Shown: piece by piece, positions 38,256 through 48,455 of the stretch
Layout: each line of letters begins with the position of its first letter
How positions within the stretch are numbered: position 1 is the stretch's first letter
Origin: Macrostomum lignano
Taxonomy: Eukaryota
Assembly: GCA_002269645.1 (NCBI GenBank)
Contig: NIVC01000628.1
Location: 248,001 to 312,000 of the forward strand
DNA: 64,000 bases
Direction: 5' to 3'
The notes under the pieces: generated by a model
What the model saw: the letters and a program-made list of their open reading frames with translations, nothing else
Told to the model about the DNA's origin: nothing
Database searches by the model: none
Program-made: the position numbers and the translations under genes

Positions 38256-38961
38256 GTAAGTCCGGGAGAGCTGCACAAGCCAGGCGGATACGAGGGGAAG
38301 AGAATAAGGGAATTGTTTGTTTTTTATCGCGTCCGGGAAGAATTACTTCCCCAGCCTCCCCATCTTCGTCATCATCTTATAGTTTTTCCCCTCTTCAGCG
38401 AACCCTTCGAAGAGCAAAAATGAGGGGAGTGAAAAAATATTGACGCCGCATTTCTCTACTCCCACTGAAGCTGGCTGCCGCGCTGGCTTCTGAGACGCAG
38501 GAAGACTAACCCGTCAACCCCTCCATTCTCTCGATTCCTCCCCTTAGCCTTGAACTGCTTCTTTGGCCCTCCATCTAGAAGGCGTGTGCTATTCAGAGAA
38601 TTGCAGGCTCTCCCAGTCACAGTAGCCAACTCAAACCACAATGCAGACCCTCCAGCGCATGATTCTCTTGAGCAGACAATTCCAGGCAAGAAGATCTCAG
38701 ACGATGAGAGAAAGAGAGAGAAATGTGTCGCGTGAATTCAATTGGCGCCTACTCTGGGTTGCGCCCCGCCCCATTTGGAGTTTCTGCTTTCAGCGAGCGA
38801 AACGCGCGCGTGTCTGTCTGTCTGTAAAAAAGCGCAGAGTTTGCTAGGCTGGGCGCATTTCCAACCCACCCAGCCTCCTTATTCACCATACGACGTAGAG
38901 CCGCTTAAGGGAGGGATTGTCGGAGCTTTGAAAGATTAAATGCACCCAGCCTGAATAGTCT

Positions 38962-39680
38962 GTGGGTGTCAGGGTGTCAGGAATTCAGCGTGTCAGAGTG
39001 TCTGGTTGTCAGGGTGTCAGGTTGTCAGGGTGTCAGGGTGTCAGGGTGTCTAGGTATCTGGGTGTCAGTGTGTCAGGGTGTCAGAGTGTCTGGTTGTCAG
39101 GGTGTCTGTTTGTCAGGGTGTCTGGTTTTCAGGGTGTCAGGGTGTCAGTGTGTCAGGGTGTCAGGGTGTCAGTGTGTCAGGGTGTCAGGGTGTCAGGGTG
39201 TCAGGGTGTCAGGGTGTCAGGGTGTCAGTGTGTCAGGGTGTCAGGGTGTCAGTGTGTCAGTGTGTCAGGGTGTCAGGGTGTCAGGGTGTCAGGGTGTCAG
39301 GGTGTCAGGGTGTCAGGGTGTCAGGGTGTCAGGGTGTCAGGGTGTCAGGGTGTCAATTTTTCAGGGTGTTTGGTTGTCAATTTGTCAATTTGTCAGGGTG
39401 TCTGGTTGTCAGGGTGTCTGGTTGTCAATTTGTCAATTTGTCAGGGTGTCTGGTTGTCAGGGTGTCTGGTTGTCAGGGTGTCTGGTTGTCAGGGTGTCAG
39501 GGTATCAGGGTGTCAGGGTGTCAGGGTGTCAATTTTTCAGGGTGTTTGGTTGTCAATTTGTCAATTTGTCAGGGTGTCTGGTTGTCAGGGTGTCTGGTTG
39601 TCAGGGTGTCTGGTTGTCAGGGTGTCTGGTTGTCAGGGTGTCAGGGTATCAGGGTGTCAGGGTGTCAGGGTGTCAGGGTG
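38962..39680. repeat. 8-bp G-rich repeat (TGTCAGGG)n
   Basis: Read directly, with TGTCTGGT and TGTCAATT variants. Confidence 0.97.
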
Positions 39681-40257
39681 GCACAGCACTGAATTCTGAG
39701 GAGGGGGCGCTCCGTGGGGTCAGGAAGGAGCATTCAGCGCCTCATCGCCAGCAACCTTGCTGCAAAAGACAGGATTAGAGCTGCACAGCAGAGCTGACAC
39801 AAAGAAGCAGAGCCGGGTAAATACTTCACTGTAGCAAAAGACTGAAAGAAAGAAATCAGGAAATTGTTATCGTTAAAAGAGACGACCGGAAGTGGAGACG
39901 GAACGCTAGCAAAAGAGGGAGATTTCGGGGAGCAGTCAGATTCGCTACAGTAATTGAAAGAGGCGATCCGCCCGAGGGCTCTGACGAAGAAGTGCAGGCG
40001 TAAACGCGGCTTGTTTCCCCACTCTCAAGGTAAATAGACTCGGATGTCTGCTTTAAGCATCTTTTTTCAGATACGAACTTTTAAAATCGCATAAATAACA
40101 AATTTTCCTAATTGGAATTTCTAAGTGCCTAGTATGGTTAATTAAATTGTGTGAATTCAATCTTGTAATCCATCTGTTGAGCTCTGTTCTAACTTACTGT
40201 CTGGCTGTCGGGCCTTAATGCACATTCTATCTCATGGGAGCTCATATTGAGATAGAA

Positions 40258-41318
40258 TGGCTCAATAGCTACTCAATAGCTACTCAATAGCTACTCAATG
40301 GCTACTCAATAGCTACTCAATAGCTACTCGATAGCTACTCAATAGCTACTCAATAGCTACTCAATGGCTACTCAATAGCTACTCAATGGATACTCAATAG
40401 CTACTCAATAGCTACTCAATGGCTACTCAATGGCTACTCAATGGCTACTCAATGGCTACTCAATAGCTACTCAATAGCTACTCAATAGCTACTAAATAGC
40501 TACTCAATAGCTACTCAATAGCTACTCAATGGATACTCAATAGCTACTCAATAGGTACTCAATTGCTACTCAATAGCTACTCAATAGCTACTCAATAGCT
40601 ACTCAATAGCTACTCAATAGCTACTCAATGGCTACTCAATAGCTACTCAATAGCTACTCAATAGCTACTCAATAGCTACTCAATAGCTACTCAATAGCTA
40701 CTCAATAGCTACTCAATAGCTACTCAATAGCTACTCAATAGCTACTCAATAGCTACTCAATAGCTCCTCAATAGCTACTCAATAGCTACTCAATAGCTAC
40801 TCAATAGCTACTCAATGGCTACTCAATAGCTACTCAATAGCTACTCAATAGCTACTCAATAGCTACTCAATAGCTACTCAATAGCTACTCAATAGCTACT
40901 CAATGGCTACTCAATAGCTACTCAATAGCTACTCAATAGCTACTCAATAGCTACTCAATAGCTACTCAATAGCTACTCAATGGCTACTCAATAGCTACTC
41001 AATAGCTACTCAATAGCTACTCAATAGCTACTCAATAGCTACTCAATGGCTACTCAGTAGCTACTCAATAGCTACTCAATAGCTACTCAATAGCTACTCA
41101 ATAGCTACTCAATGGCTACTTAATAGCTACTCAATAGCTACTCAATAGCTACTCAATAGCTACTCAATAGCTACTCAATAGCTACTCAATAGCTACTCAA
41201 TAGCTACTCAATAGCTACTCAATAGGTACTCAATTGCTACTCAATGGCTACTCAATAGCTACTCAATAGGTACTCAATAGCTACTCAATGGCTACTCAAT
41301 AGCTACTCAATAGCTACC
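40258..41318. repeat. 11-bp minisatellite (CAATAGCTACT)n
   Basis: About 96 units ending about 40 nt before an acceptor. Confidence 0.98.
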
Positions 41319-41357
41319 CAATGGCCATTGCTCAAACTCAATCCCCGCCGACTCCAG

Positions 41358-41651
41358 CTCTGCAGTCTCTGCTGCTGTGCTCAGGCAACCAGCGCACCAT
41401 CCGGTGCCCGGCAGGCCACAGAGTCGTCGTAGCGCACGCCAGACTCACTCGGAAATATCAGCTGAACGGCGGCGAGGCGACCTGCCCGGACCTGGTGAGC
41501 AGCACTCAGCTCACCAACTGCCGAGACGAAGAGTTCACCAACCCGATGCGGGCGATCTGCGCCAAGGAGGAGGACAGATGCGGCCTCAGCGCCACCTTCC
41601 CGGCTAAGCCCGGCTGCGCCCCCGGTCACATGTTCCTTGTGTACGCCTGCG
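41358..41651 (+). CDS. eva-1: EVA-1-like protein, exon 4 (SUEL lectin domain 2)
   Basis: ACTCCAG|CT, phase 1; LLLCSGNQRTIRCPAGHRVVVAHA...C...C...ICAKEEDRC...PGCAPGHMFLVYAC; donor TGCG|GTGAGT at 41652. Confidence 0.88.
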
Positions 41652-41652
41652 G

Positions 41653-42003
41653 TGAGTACAGTACGAGTACAGTATGAGTACGGTATGAGTACAGTACGAG
41701 TACAGTATGAGTACAGTATGAGTACAGTATGATTACATTATGAGTACAGTATGAGTACAGTATGAGTACAGTATGAGTACATTATGAGTACAGTATGAGT
41801 ACAGTATGAGTACAGTACGAGTACAGTATGAGTACGGTATGAGTACAGTACGAGTACAGTATGAGTACAGTATGAGTACAGTATGATTACATTATGAGTA
41901 CAGTATGAGTACAGTATGAGTACAGTATGAGTACATTATGAGTACAGTATGAGTACATTATGAGTACAGTATGAGTACAGTATGAGTACAGTATGAGTAC
42001 AGT
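41653..42003. repeat. 11-bp minisatellite (GAGTACAGTAT)n starting inside the splice donor
   Basis: About 32 units; the first unit overlaps GTGAGT. Confidence 0.97.
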
Positions 42004-42287
42004 CAAACTTTATACCTTGTTTAACTTTTGAGCTAGCAGAAGTGACTGTCAAGACTTTCGACAATGTGAAGTTTCAAGCTTGTAAATGCCCCCAACTGAT
42101 CGCCTATTCGATGGCTCAATGCTCCATCCGTGAGAAATAGCTCAGAACAAGATATGCATGTGCAGACAATAATCGATAGATGCAAAAAGTCAGGAATTAC
42201 GGTTGTGACTAAGCAAAAAAATTATTGAACCTTTGACCGAGGCCCGTCAAGCGCCACTGCAAAACTGATTTTCACCCTCAACTCCAG

Positions 42288-42452
42288 TTTCCAAATCCCT
42301 GTACGAGCCCCGGCCGGCCAGAATAGTGCGCCCGGACGACTCGAACCGGCCGGACCGGGGCGGCCCGGCTCGACCCTGGCAGGACTCGACTGGGGGCAAC
42401 AGGGACTTGCAGATCGTCAACGACCAGTGGCGACCGGCCAAGCAGTCCAACG
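42288..42452 (+). CDS. eva-1: EVA-1-like protein, exon 5 (end of lectin domain and stalk)
   Basis: TTTTCACCCTCAACTCCAG|TT, phase 1, gives YAC-V-SKSLYEP (compare YACVP in EVA1C-type proteins); donor AACG|GTAACG at 42453. Confidence 0.72.
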
Positions 42453-42627
42453 GTAACGGCCTGGCTGGTCTCAATTTTCTACTTGTAAAATTAACACCTG
42501 AAAATCAAGGAGAATCCACGAAACCAATCAGTTTCGAGGGAACTAATTGATATTCCAAGAAATCATGAAGATTCTACGCCAGTGAAAGTTTGCAGGAAAT
42601 CGAAAAGATTTAAAGCAAATCATAGAT

Positions 42628-42947
42628 TCAAAAAATATAATAACAATAATTGATTACACCTGCCCTAATGGCCAGATGTGCAACCGACAGCTCAGCCGCA
42701 GCTATTGCGCGGCGCATCTGAAGGCTGCGTGCGGCTGTTCAGTCCAAGTACTGGGGGTCACCACACACACCCTCAATTACCCCAGCTAATGCTGGCACCC
42801 ATTTTACAGCTGGGTGAACTGAAGCAATGCAGAGTTAAGTGTCTTCTCAAGGACAAAAATTGTTCTAGTGGGATCGGGAATCGACCCCTGACCTTCAAGT
42901 CGTCGTCGTGAGTGCGACGCTCTGACCACTAGGCTACAACCCCTCCA
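42628..42947 (-). mobile_element. tRNA-headed SINE with CORE-like domain and 25-bp flanking direct repeat
   Basis: Minus-strand head 42943-42869 has an A box (TAGCCTAGTGG), a B-box-like GGTCGATTCCC and a 7-bp acceptor stem. Segment 42855-42798 (TGTCCTTGAGAAGACACTTAAC...CAGCTGTAAAATGGG) resembles the MIR/CORE consensus. AT-rich tail. Flanks 42603-42627 and 42948-42972 are 24/25 identical. Confidence 0.78.
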
Positions 42948-43007
42948 AAAAGATTTTAAGCAAATCATAGATCAGGACTAGTAGTATTTATTAGTAGTCC
43001 CTGTCAT

Positions 43008-43345
43008 AGATTCCAGGAAATCACTGTGATCCAAATAAATTAGAAAGTTTTTTTATAGAAAATCGAGGATATTCCAGGAAAGTCGATGAAGTTCTAGGAA
43101 ATCAAGTGAATTCCAGGAAAGCCGACGAGATTCCAGGAAATCAGTGCGATTAATTAAATGCCCTATAGGTTCTGGAAAAATTTGAAAAATCTAAGAAATC
43201 CAGAAGGACTTTAATAGTTTTAATACGATTCCAACAAAAATGAAGAATATTACGAGCGTATTTTCGAAATCGTCAAATAAGACGCCCGTAAAAACGTGTA
43301 AAATTCCAGGAAATCGATTATGATCCAGTGAAATTCCAGGAAAAA
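43008..43345. repeat. Degenerate about 21-bp repeat with ATTCCAGGAAA core
   Basis: Recurrent (G/A)ATTCCAGGAAA motifs; similar units also at 42545-42600. Confidence 0.7.
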
Positions 43346-43369
43346 TCAATGAGACAGCAAAAATTGCAG

Positions 43370-43474
43370 GACAATCGGAAGCGGACGGGTCCCATGGCAA
43401 CCAAGCGGAGAGCAGCGGCAGCGGCGGCACGAGAAGTCGGGGCCGAGCTAACTCAGACCAGGAAGCTGATGAGA
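43370..43474 (+). CDS. eva-1: EVA-1-like protein, exon 6 (Gly/Ser-rich stalk, symmetric phase 1-1)
   Basis: AATTGCAG|GA ... GAGA|GTGAGT; 105 nt, open: GQSEADGSHGNQAESSGSGGTRSRGRANSDQEADE. Confidence 0.62.
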
Positions 43475-44794
43475 GTGAGTCCAGCAGTTGTTATTAAACT
43501 TCTAATCCTCGACATCGACACACAGCATAAGAAACAATTTAGCTTTTATTTCTCAGGTATTAGACGGAATTCTCGTGCGAAAATATTGGTACGGGGAAAT
43601 CGTTTGTAAGAATCAAAAACAATTAATTTTTATTGTCGGCTGGATCTTTAATTGGTGGTTTCGCTGATAAACAATTAATTGGATAATTGGATAATTGGAT
43701 AGACAGCTGGTTCAAGCGGCTAAAATACGAGTACTTCGTTAAATAATAATAATATTAAAATCAGCAGGTCCCCTAAATATTTTTCGAGCGTAAGATAGAG
43801 AACAAAGATAAAAAATCAGTATTGCGAGTCATTGCATTAGATAATTTCACCCCGAAGCACAATGGCAATTAGTTTTGGCCATGATTCTCTCCCGCGTTTA
43901 TTACCTATCTAACAACAATGGCCACAAGCGTGGAATAATGAATAGGATTGATAAGTTTGCTGACCAATTCTCACCTTGCTGGTGATAAATAATCTCGCGG
44001 CAGAGGTGCCAGAAGAGGTTAAGGGAATGGGTCCTCCTACTTTTGCGTATATACAACGTTCAAACAGTTTTCTTTATATTCCTAGAAACCGTTCCGGCAC
44101 CTTTCTCTCTCTGAAAGTCTATTTAAGCCTAATTTTTTGCACTTGTTATGTTCAGAACTATTAGCATACACAAATGAGGCTGATTTTACTGTAGACCGCG
44201 AATGTCTGGGTGTTTGTGTGTGGCATTTAAGGCGGTCAGGAGGAGGGGCAGCGGAGCCGCAGCTTCCAATTCAAAACAGGTGCACCTTGGCAGATTGGGG
44301 GCGGCAAACTGCCGCGGTTGTGTTTGGACCTTTCGGCTCTCGACCCCTCCCGGCCAGACTGACAAGGCGGTTTTTTATATAACTGGCCTGCTGTTGAACT
44401 GGCGAGAGGCTGCGGGTTGGGAGAGGCAGGGGGGAAATGCAAAGCAAATGAATGGCTGACTGACGGGCTGCGCGGCCATCCATCGGGCGAAGCACTTCGC
44501 TAGTAGCGGGGGGGGAGGCTCCATGCACTTTGTCGGATAGACGCGCGAACAGACGTGTTATAGATTCATTCTCGCTTCATTAATCTTGGTCACATCTGCA
44601 ACTGGGACCGGGATTGTCCTTCGACTATGGGATTGGGAGTGTAGTACGTGCTACTAAGGCGAGGAATTCGGATTTATTCCTTGGTTCGAATCTGTAACTG
44701 GAACTGGCACCGGGAGTCCTGGGACTAGATTTAGAGCTGCGACCGGGACTTGGAATGGGACTTGGCTGTTACCGAAACTTGTCCTGGGACGTGA

Positions 44795-45255
44795 GACTAT
44801 GACCGGGACTTGGACTTGGACTGGAGCTTGGGCTGTTACCAGGACTTGGACTGAGACTATAACCGGGACTTGGACTGGGACTATGACCGGGACTTGGACT
44901 GAGACTATAACCGGGACTTGGACTGAGACTATGACCGGGACTTGGACTGAGACTACGACCAGGACTTGGACCGAGACGATGACCGGGACTTGAATTGGGA
45001 CTATAACCGGGACTTGGACTGAGACTACGACCGGGACTTGGACCGAGACGATGACTGGGACTTGGACTGAGACTATGACCGGGACTTGGACTGGGACTAT
45101 GACCGGGACTTGGACTGGGATTATGACCGGGGAATTAAACTTGGACTATGACCGGGACTTGGACAGAGACAATGACCGGGACTTGGACAGAGACAATGAC
45201 CGGGACTTGGACTGAGACCGAAGCTTGGGCTGTTACCGGGACTTGGACTTGGACT
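44795..45255. repeat. 24-bp minisatellite (GACTATGACCGGGACTTGGACTGA)n
   Basis: Tandem units, decaying upstream to about 44690. Confidence 0.92.
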
Positions 45256-46636
45256 AAAAACTTTAGCTTTAAAAACGGATTGGACAGGGACCTCTTCAGT
45301 TTCTCTCTCACTTTTATACCTCAAATTGCGGGCGGACACGCGGAAACGTGGCATTTTCATTAGGACATTCCGCACCCCCAGATCTATCAATAATAGCAAT
45401 AGCTGAGCCTATGCGCACCGCTGGAATGCGAACGGCGTGGCGTGGCTGGCCAGTCGGAGGGCTGGGGGACCAATAAATAAATTTGGGGAGGAAAATTTGG
45501 GATGCCATGTTGTTTTGACTGGGGAAGGGGGTAATTTTTAGCAAGGACAACAGGAAGCCAGTCAGTCATTATATGCACAGTTCCAGTCGGGTTGAATCAA
45601 ACGAACCGGCGAAGACCTAAAGATGCACTCTTAGCTTCGCTGTTGATAGCTAGATAGACAGATTTTCAAATCTGCCTTTGTTCTACTTTTGCAACCAGTC
45701 ATTCTTATTTACATGTATTTGCAGAATTGTTTAGCTGGATATTTTCTGCACGATAATTCCCGGGTCATTTTGTGCTTGCCTTCTTAGGGCTCTGGTTTCT
45801 CTGGTAATCAGTGGTGACTTTCAGTGCATTGTGTCGAAACAACTCTCATTTCAAGGGTCTTTCTAATCCAGATCTCCCAAAAATGTAAATGTCCAGTCGT
45901 AGTTGTCCTTGGCTTCCTTTTGCCTTCAAGATGATCTTTCGCAGGCTTAAGATACAGTCAAACTGTACGGATCTCGCAGTAAAGAGCTGGAATAGTGAGC
46001 CAGGAAAGTGGGGCGATTTGGTGCGCGGGGCCTGGCCGGACTCATTAGGGGACAATTTAGAGTCAGTTTAGACCGCGCCAAACTCTCAGGACTTCTTGCC
46101 GTCGCCCAACTCGTAGCTTCTCTGCTCTGCTCTCTAATTCTAGCCTCTAGTCTCTATCCAGCTTCAGACAGACCACTATGGGAGAAGGCTGAGAGGCGTT
46201 TGATCCGATTCGGCAGCGCGTCGAAATTCATTGGCGGCCTAATTCGCTGATGAGGCGGCTTGAAGAGGCTTGGCTAAGCTCAATTTCTTTCTACTTTCTG
46301 CTTTCTAAGGTGGCCGCAGGTTTTGTTTTCAAGATCTCGCGAATTGTACAAACTTCGTTGGATCCCATGCACTTTCTGGACTTCTGAATTGAAAATGAAG
46401 CGCGTATGCGTTTTGTCCGATGAGCGCTCGGTCACAATCTTATCAAGATACTCGTACGAGCGTATTTCCATGAAATGCAAGTAATAAAAGTTTTAGCCAA
46501 GTTTCAGTTGCTCCTGTTTCCTCAATGTAGTATTTTTCTATAAGTGCGGAGTACTCTCGAATGAATTCGTCTATGGCCAAAAGCCATGGAGCAAACAATT
46601 CAGCCAAAACGAGGCCATTCTATAGTCTATGGCCAA

Positions 46637-46847
46637 GGGGGCCGTAGCCCAGCGGTAGTGCAGCTGCTCTGGTGTGCCAGCGACCCAGGCTCGATTCCAA
46701 GTGCAGTCACATTAATTTGGGGCTGAATTGGAATCTCGGCTTGGCTCTGCTCGTGCAATTAACGGCCTTGAGAGCCAACCCCCCAAGGTGCAGTGAAGTG
46801 TACATGCCTAACGATAATATAAAGTTAGGGCCGCTGTACACTCCTGT
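46637..46847 (+). mobile_element. tRNA-derived SINE, family 2, copy 1
   Basis: A box TAGCCCAGCGG and B box GGCTCGATTCC; the body is shared with 58201-58382 (GTGCCAGCG.CCCAGGCTCGATTCCAAGTGCAGTC, CAGTGAAGTGTACATGCCTAAC, CCGCTGTACA.TCCTGT). Confidence 0.75.
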
Positions 46848-48127
46848 GTGAGTGTGTGCCTGCGTACGTATCCGCGCGCTTGTATGCCTGCTCAGGGGAG
46901 TCGGCGGAATGGGCAGTAATGCCTCTCGCCGGTTGTTTGCCAATGTCGCTTAAAGTGCGCCAGGGTGCACACAACCCCCCTGCCTCTAATAAAAAAATAG
47001 TCCAGGGCCAAAGCACCTTAGGGCCAAAGATTGCCAGCCACTGCTACTTTTCTATGGCGTATCCTTAAAACAATCTAATTCTTAGCGATTAGTACTTTTA
47101 TTATTTATGTTCCTGACTTCGCTTGCTCTGGGATTGAAGTGAAATACCGACCGAAAAACCCATAGAAAATCTTATTTAAACTACTTTTATTTTGCGGGAT
47201 GTATTCAGATAAATCCCGGAGCCATACTTGTATGTCTATGGTTGAAGTTGGGGATGGGGGTGTGGGGGCGAAGCCCCCACATTCTTACCATAGACAAAAT
47301 TTCATTAAGAAATTTCTCGAGTCACGAAGGAAGAGAAGAGAGAAGCTCGCTTATTTAGACACATACAATAATCCTTGCAATTTGTCCGGGAAAGTGATCG
47401 ATTAAATTCGGCAAAATAAAATCTATGTCAATAACCTCCCTGAAGGTGAGCTTTAAAGTGGTTTAACGCACAATAAACAATTGGAGTCACAGTGATTGAC
47501 TTGTACTGCAACTGGACTATTCGTATAATTTATTGGGTTCTTTTTTTAGAAACATCATATGCATCTTTTATGCGTGAATAGAAAATTACGAATACCAACA
47601 TACAGTACCAACTCGATCCCCTCCTTCTCTCTCTCTCTATCTGTCTTATTCCATCAACTTAATACCCCTGGATATTGTGCAATCCATCCAGCCAGCTCCC
47701 CCGGCAACCGGAGCCAGATAGCCACCTGGCAGCCAGGAGTCTGACAGAAGATCTGGGGAGCGAGCCGGGTATTGGGAACTGGCCAGACTGGCTTTTGCCT
47801 CGGCTCTTTTCCTGCGCACCTGGGAAATCTGAGGAAATACAAATTACTGCATTGAGGATTCTTAATTCTGGCAGAAAAAACAGAGGGATAAATTGGATCC
47901 TTAAGCCAACAGCTCGGGGGATGGAGCAGCAGTTGGGAGCAATTAATAACCAAGCTGGCGGTGCAATAAATTCTGGGATATACTGTGGACATCTTGAAGA
48001 ACGTTGTTTTTTCAAACTTCTGAAACCTTCCTGACAGATTAGATAGCGAGCTGCTGCTGGTATGACTAAACCGGGAACTTAATTGCGTATTGGTACTGAT
48101 AAATCAGATAGCAGTAGCCTCACCATG

Positions 48128-48455
48128 CCGACCAATCAGAGATCAGTAAGTAGCTTTAAGCATACCGACCGATCAGAGATCAGTAAGTAGCCTTAAGCAT
48201 ACCGACCGATCAGAGATCAGTAAGTAGCCTTAAGCATACCGACCAATCAGAGATCAGTAAGTAGCCTTAAGCATACCGACCAATCAGAGATCAGTAAGTA
48301 GCTTTAAGCATACCGACCAATCAGAGATCAGTAAGTAGCCTTAAGCATACCGACCAATCAGAGATCAGTAAGTAGCCTTAAGCATACCGACCAATCAGAG
48401 ATCAGTAAGTAGCTTTAAGCATACCGACCAATCAGAGTTCAGTAAGTAGCCTTAA
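48128..48455. repeat. 37-bp minisatellite (GCATACCGACCAATCAGAGATCAGTAAGTAGCCTTAA)n, left half
   Basis: About 9 units, interrupted by the piggyBac insertion at the TTAA of a unit. Confidence 0.97.

Noticed and set aside
42869-42943. tRNA-Val(CAC)-like gene
   Set aside because: The anticodon and T arms do not pair properly and it is joined to a SINE body, so it is treated as a SINE head.
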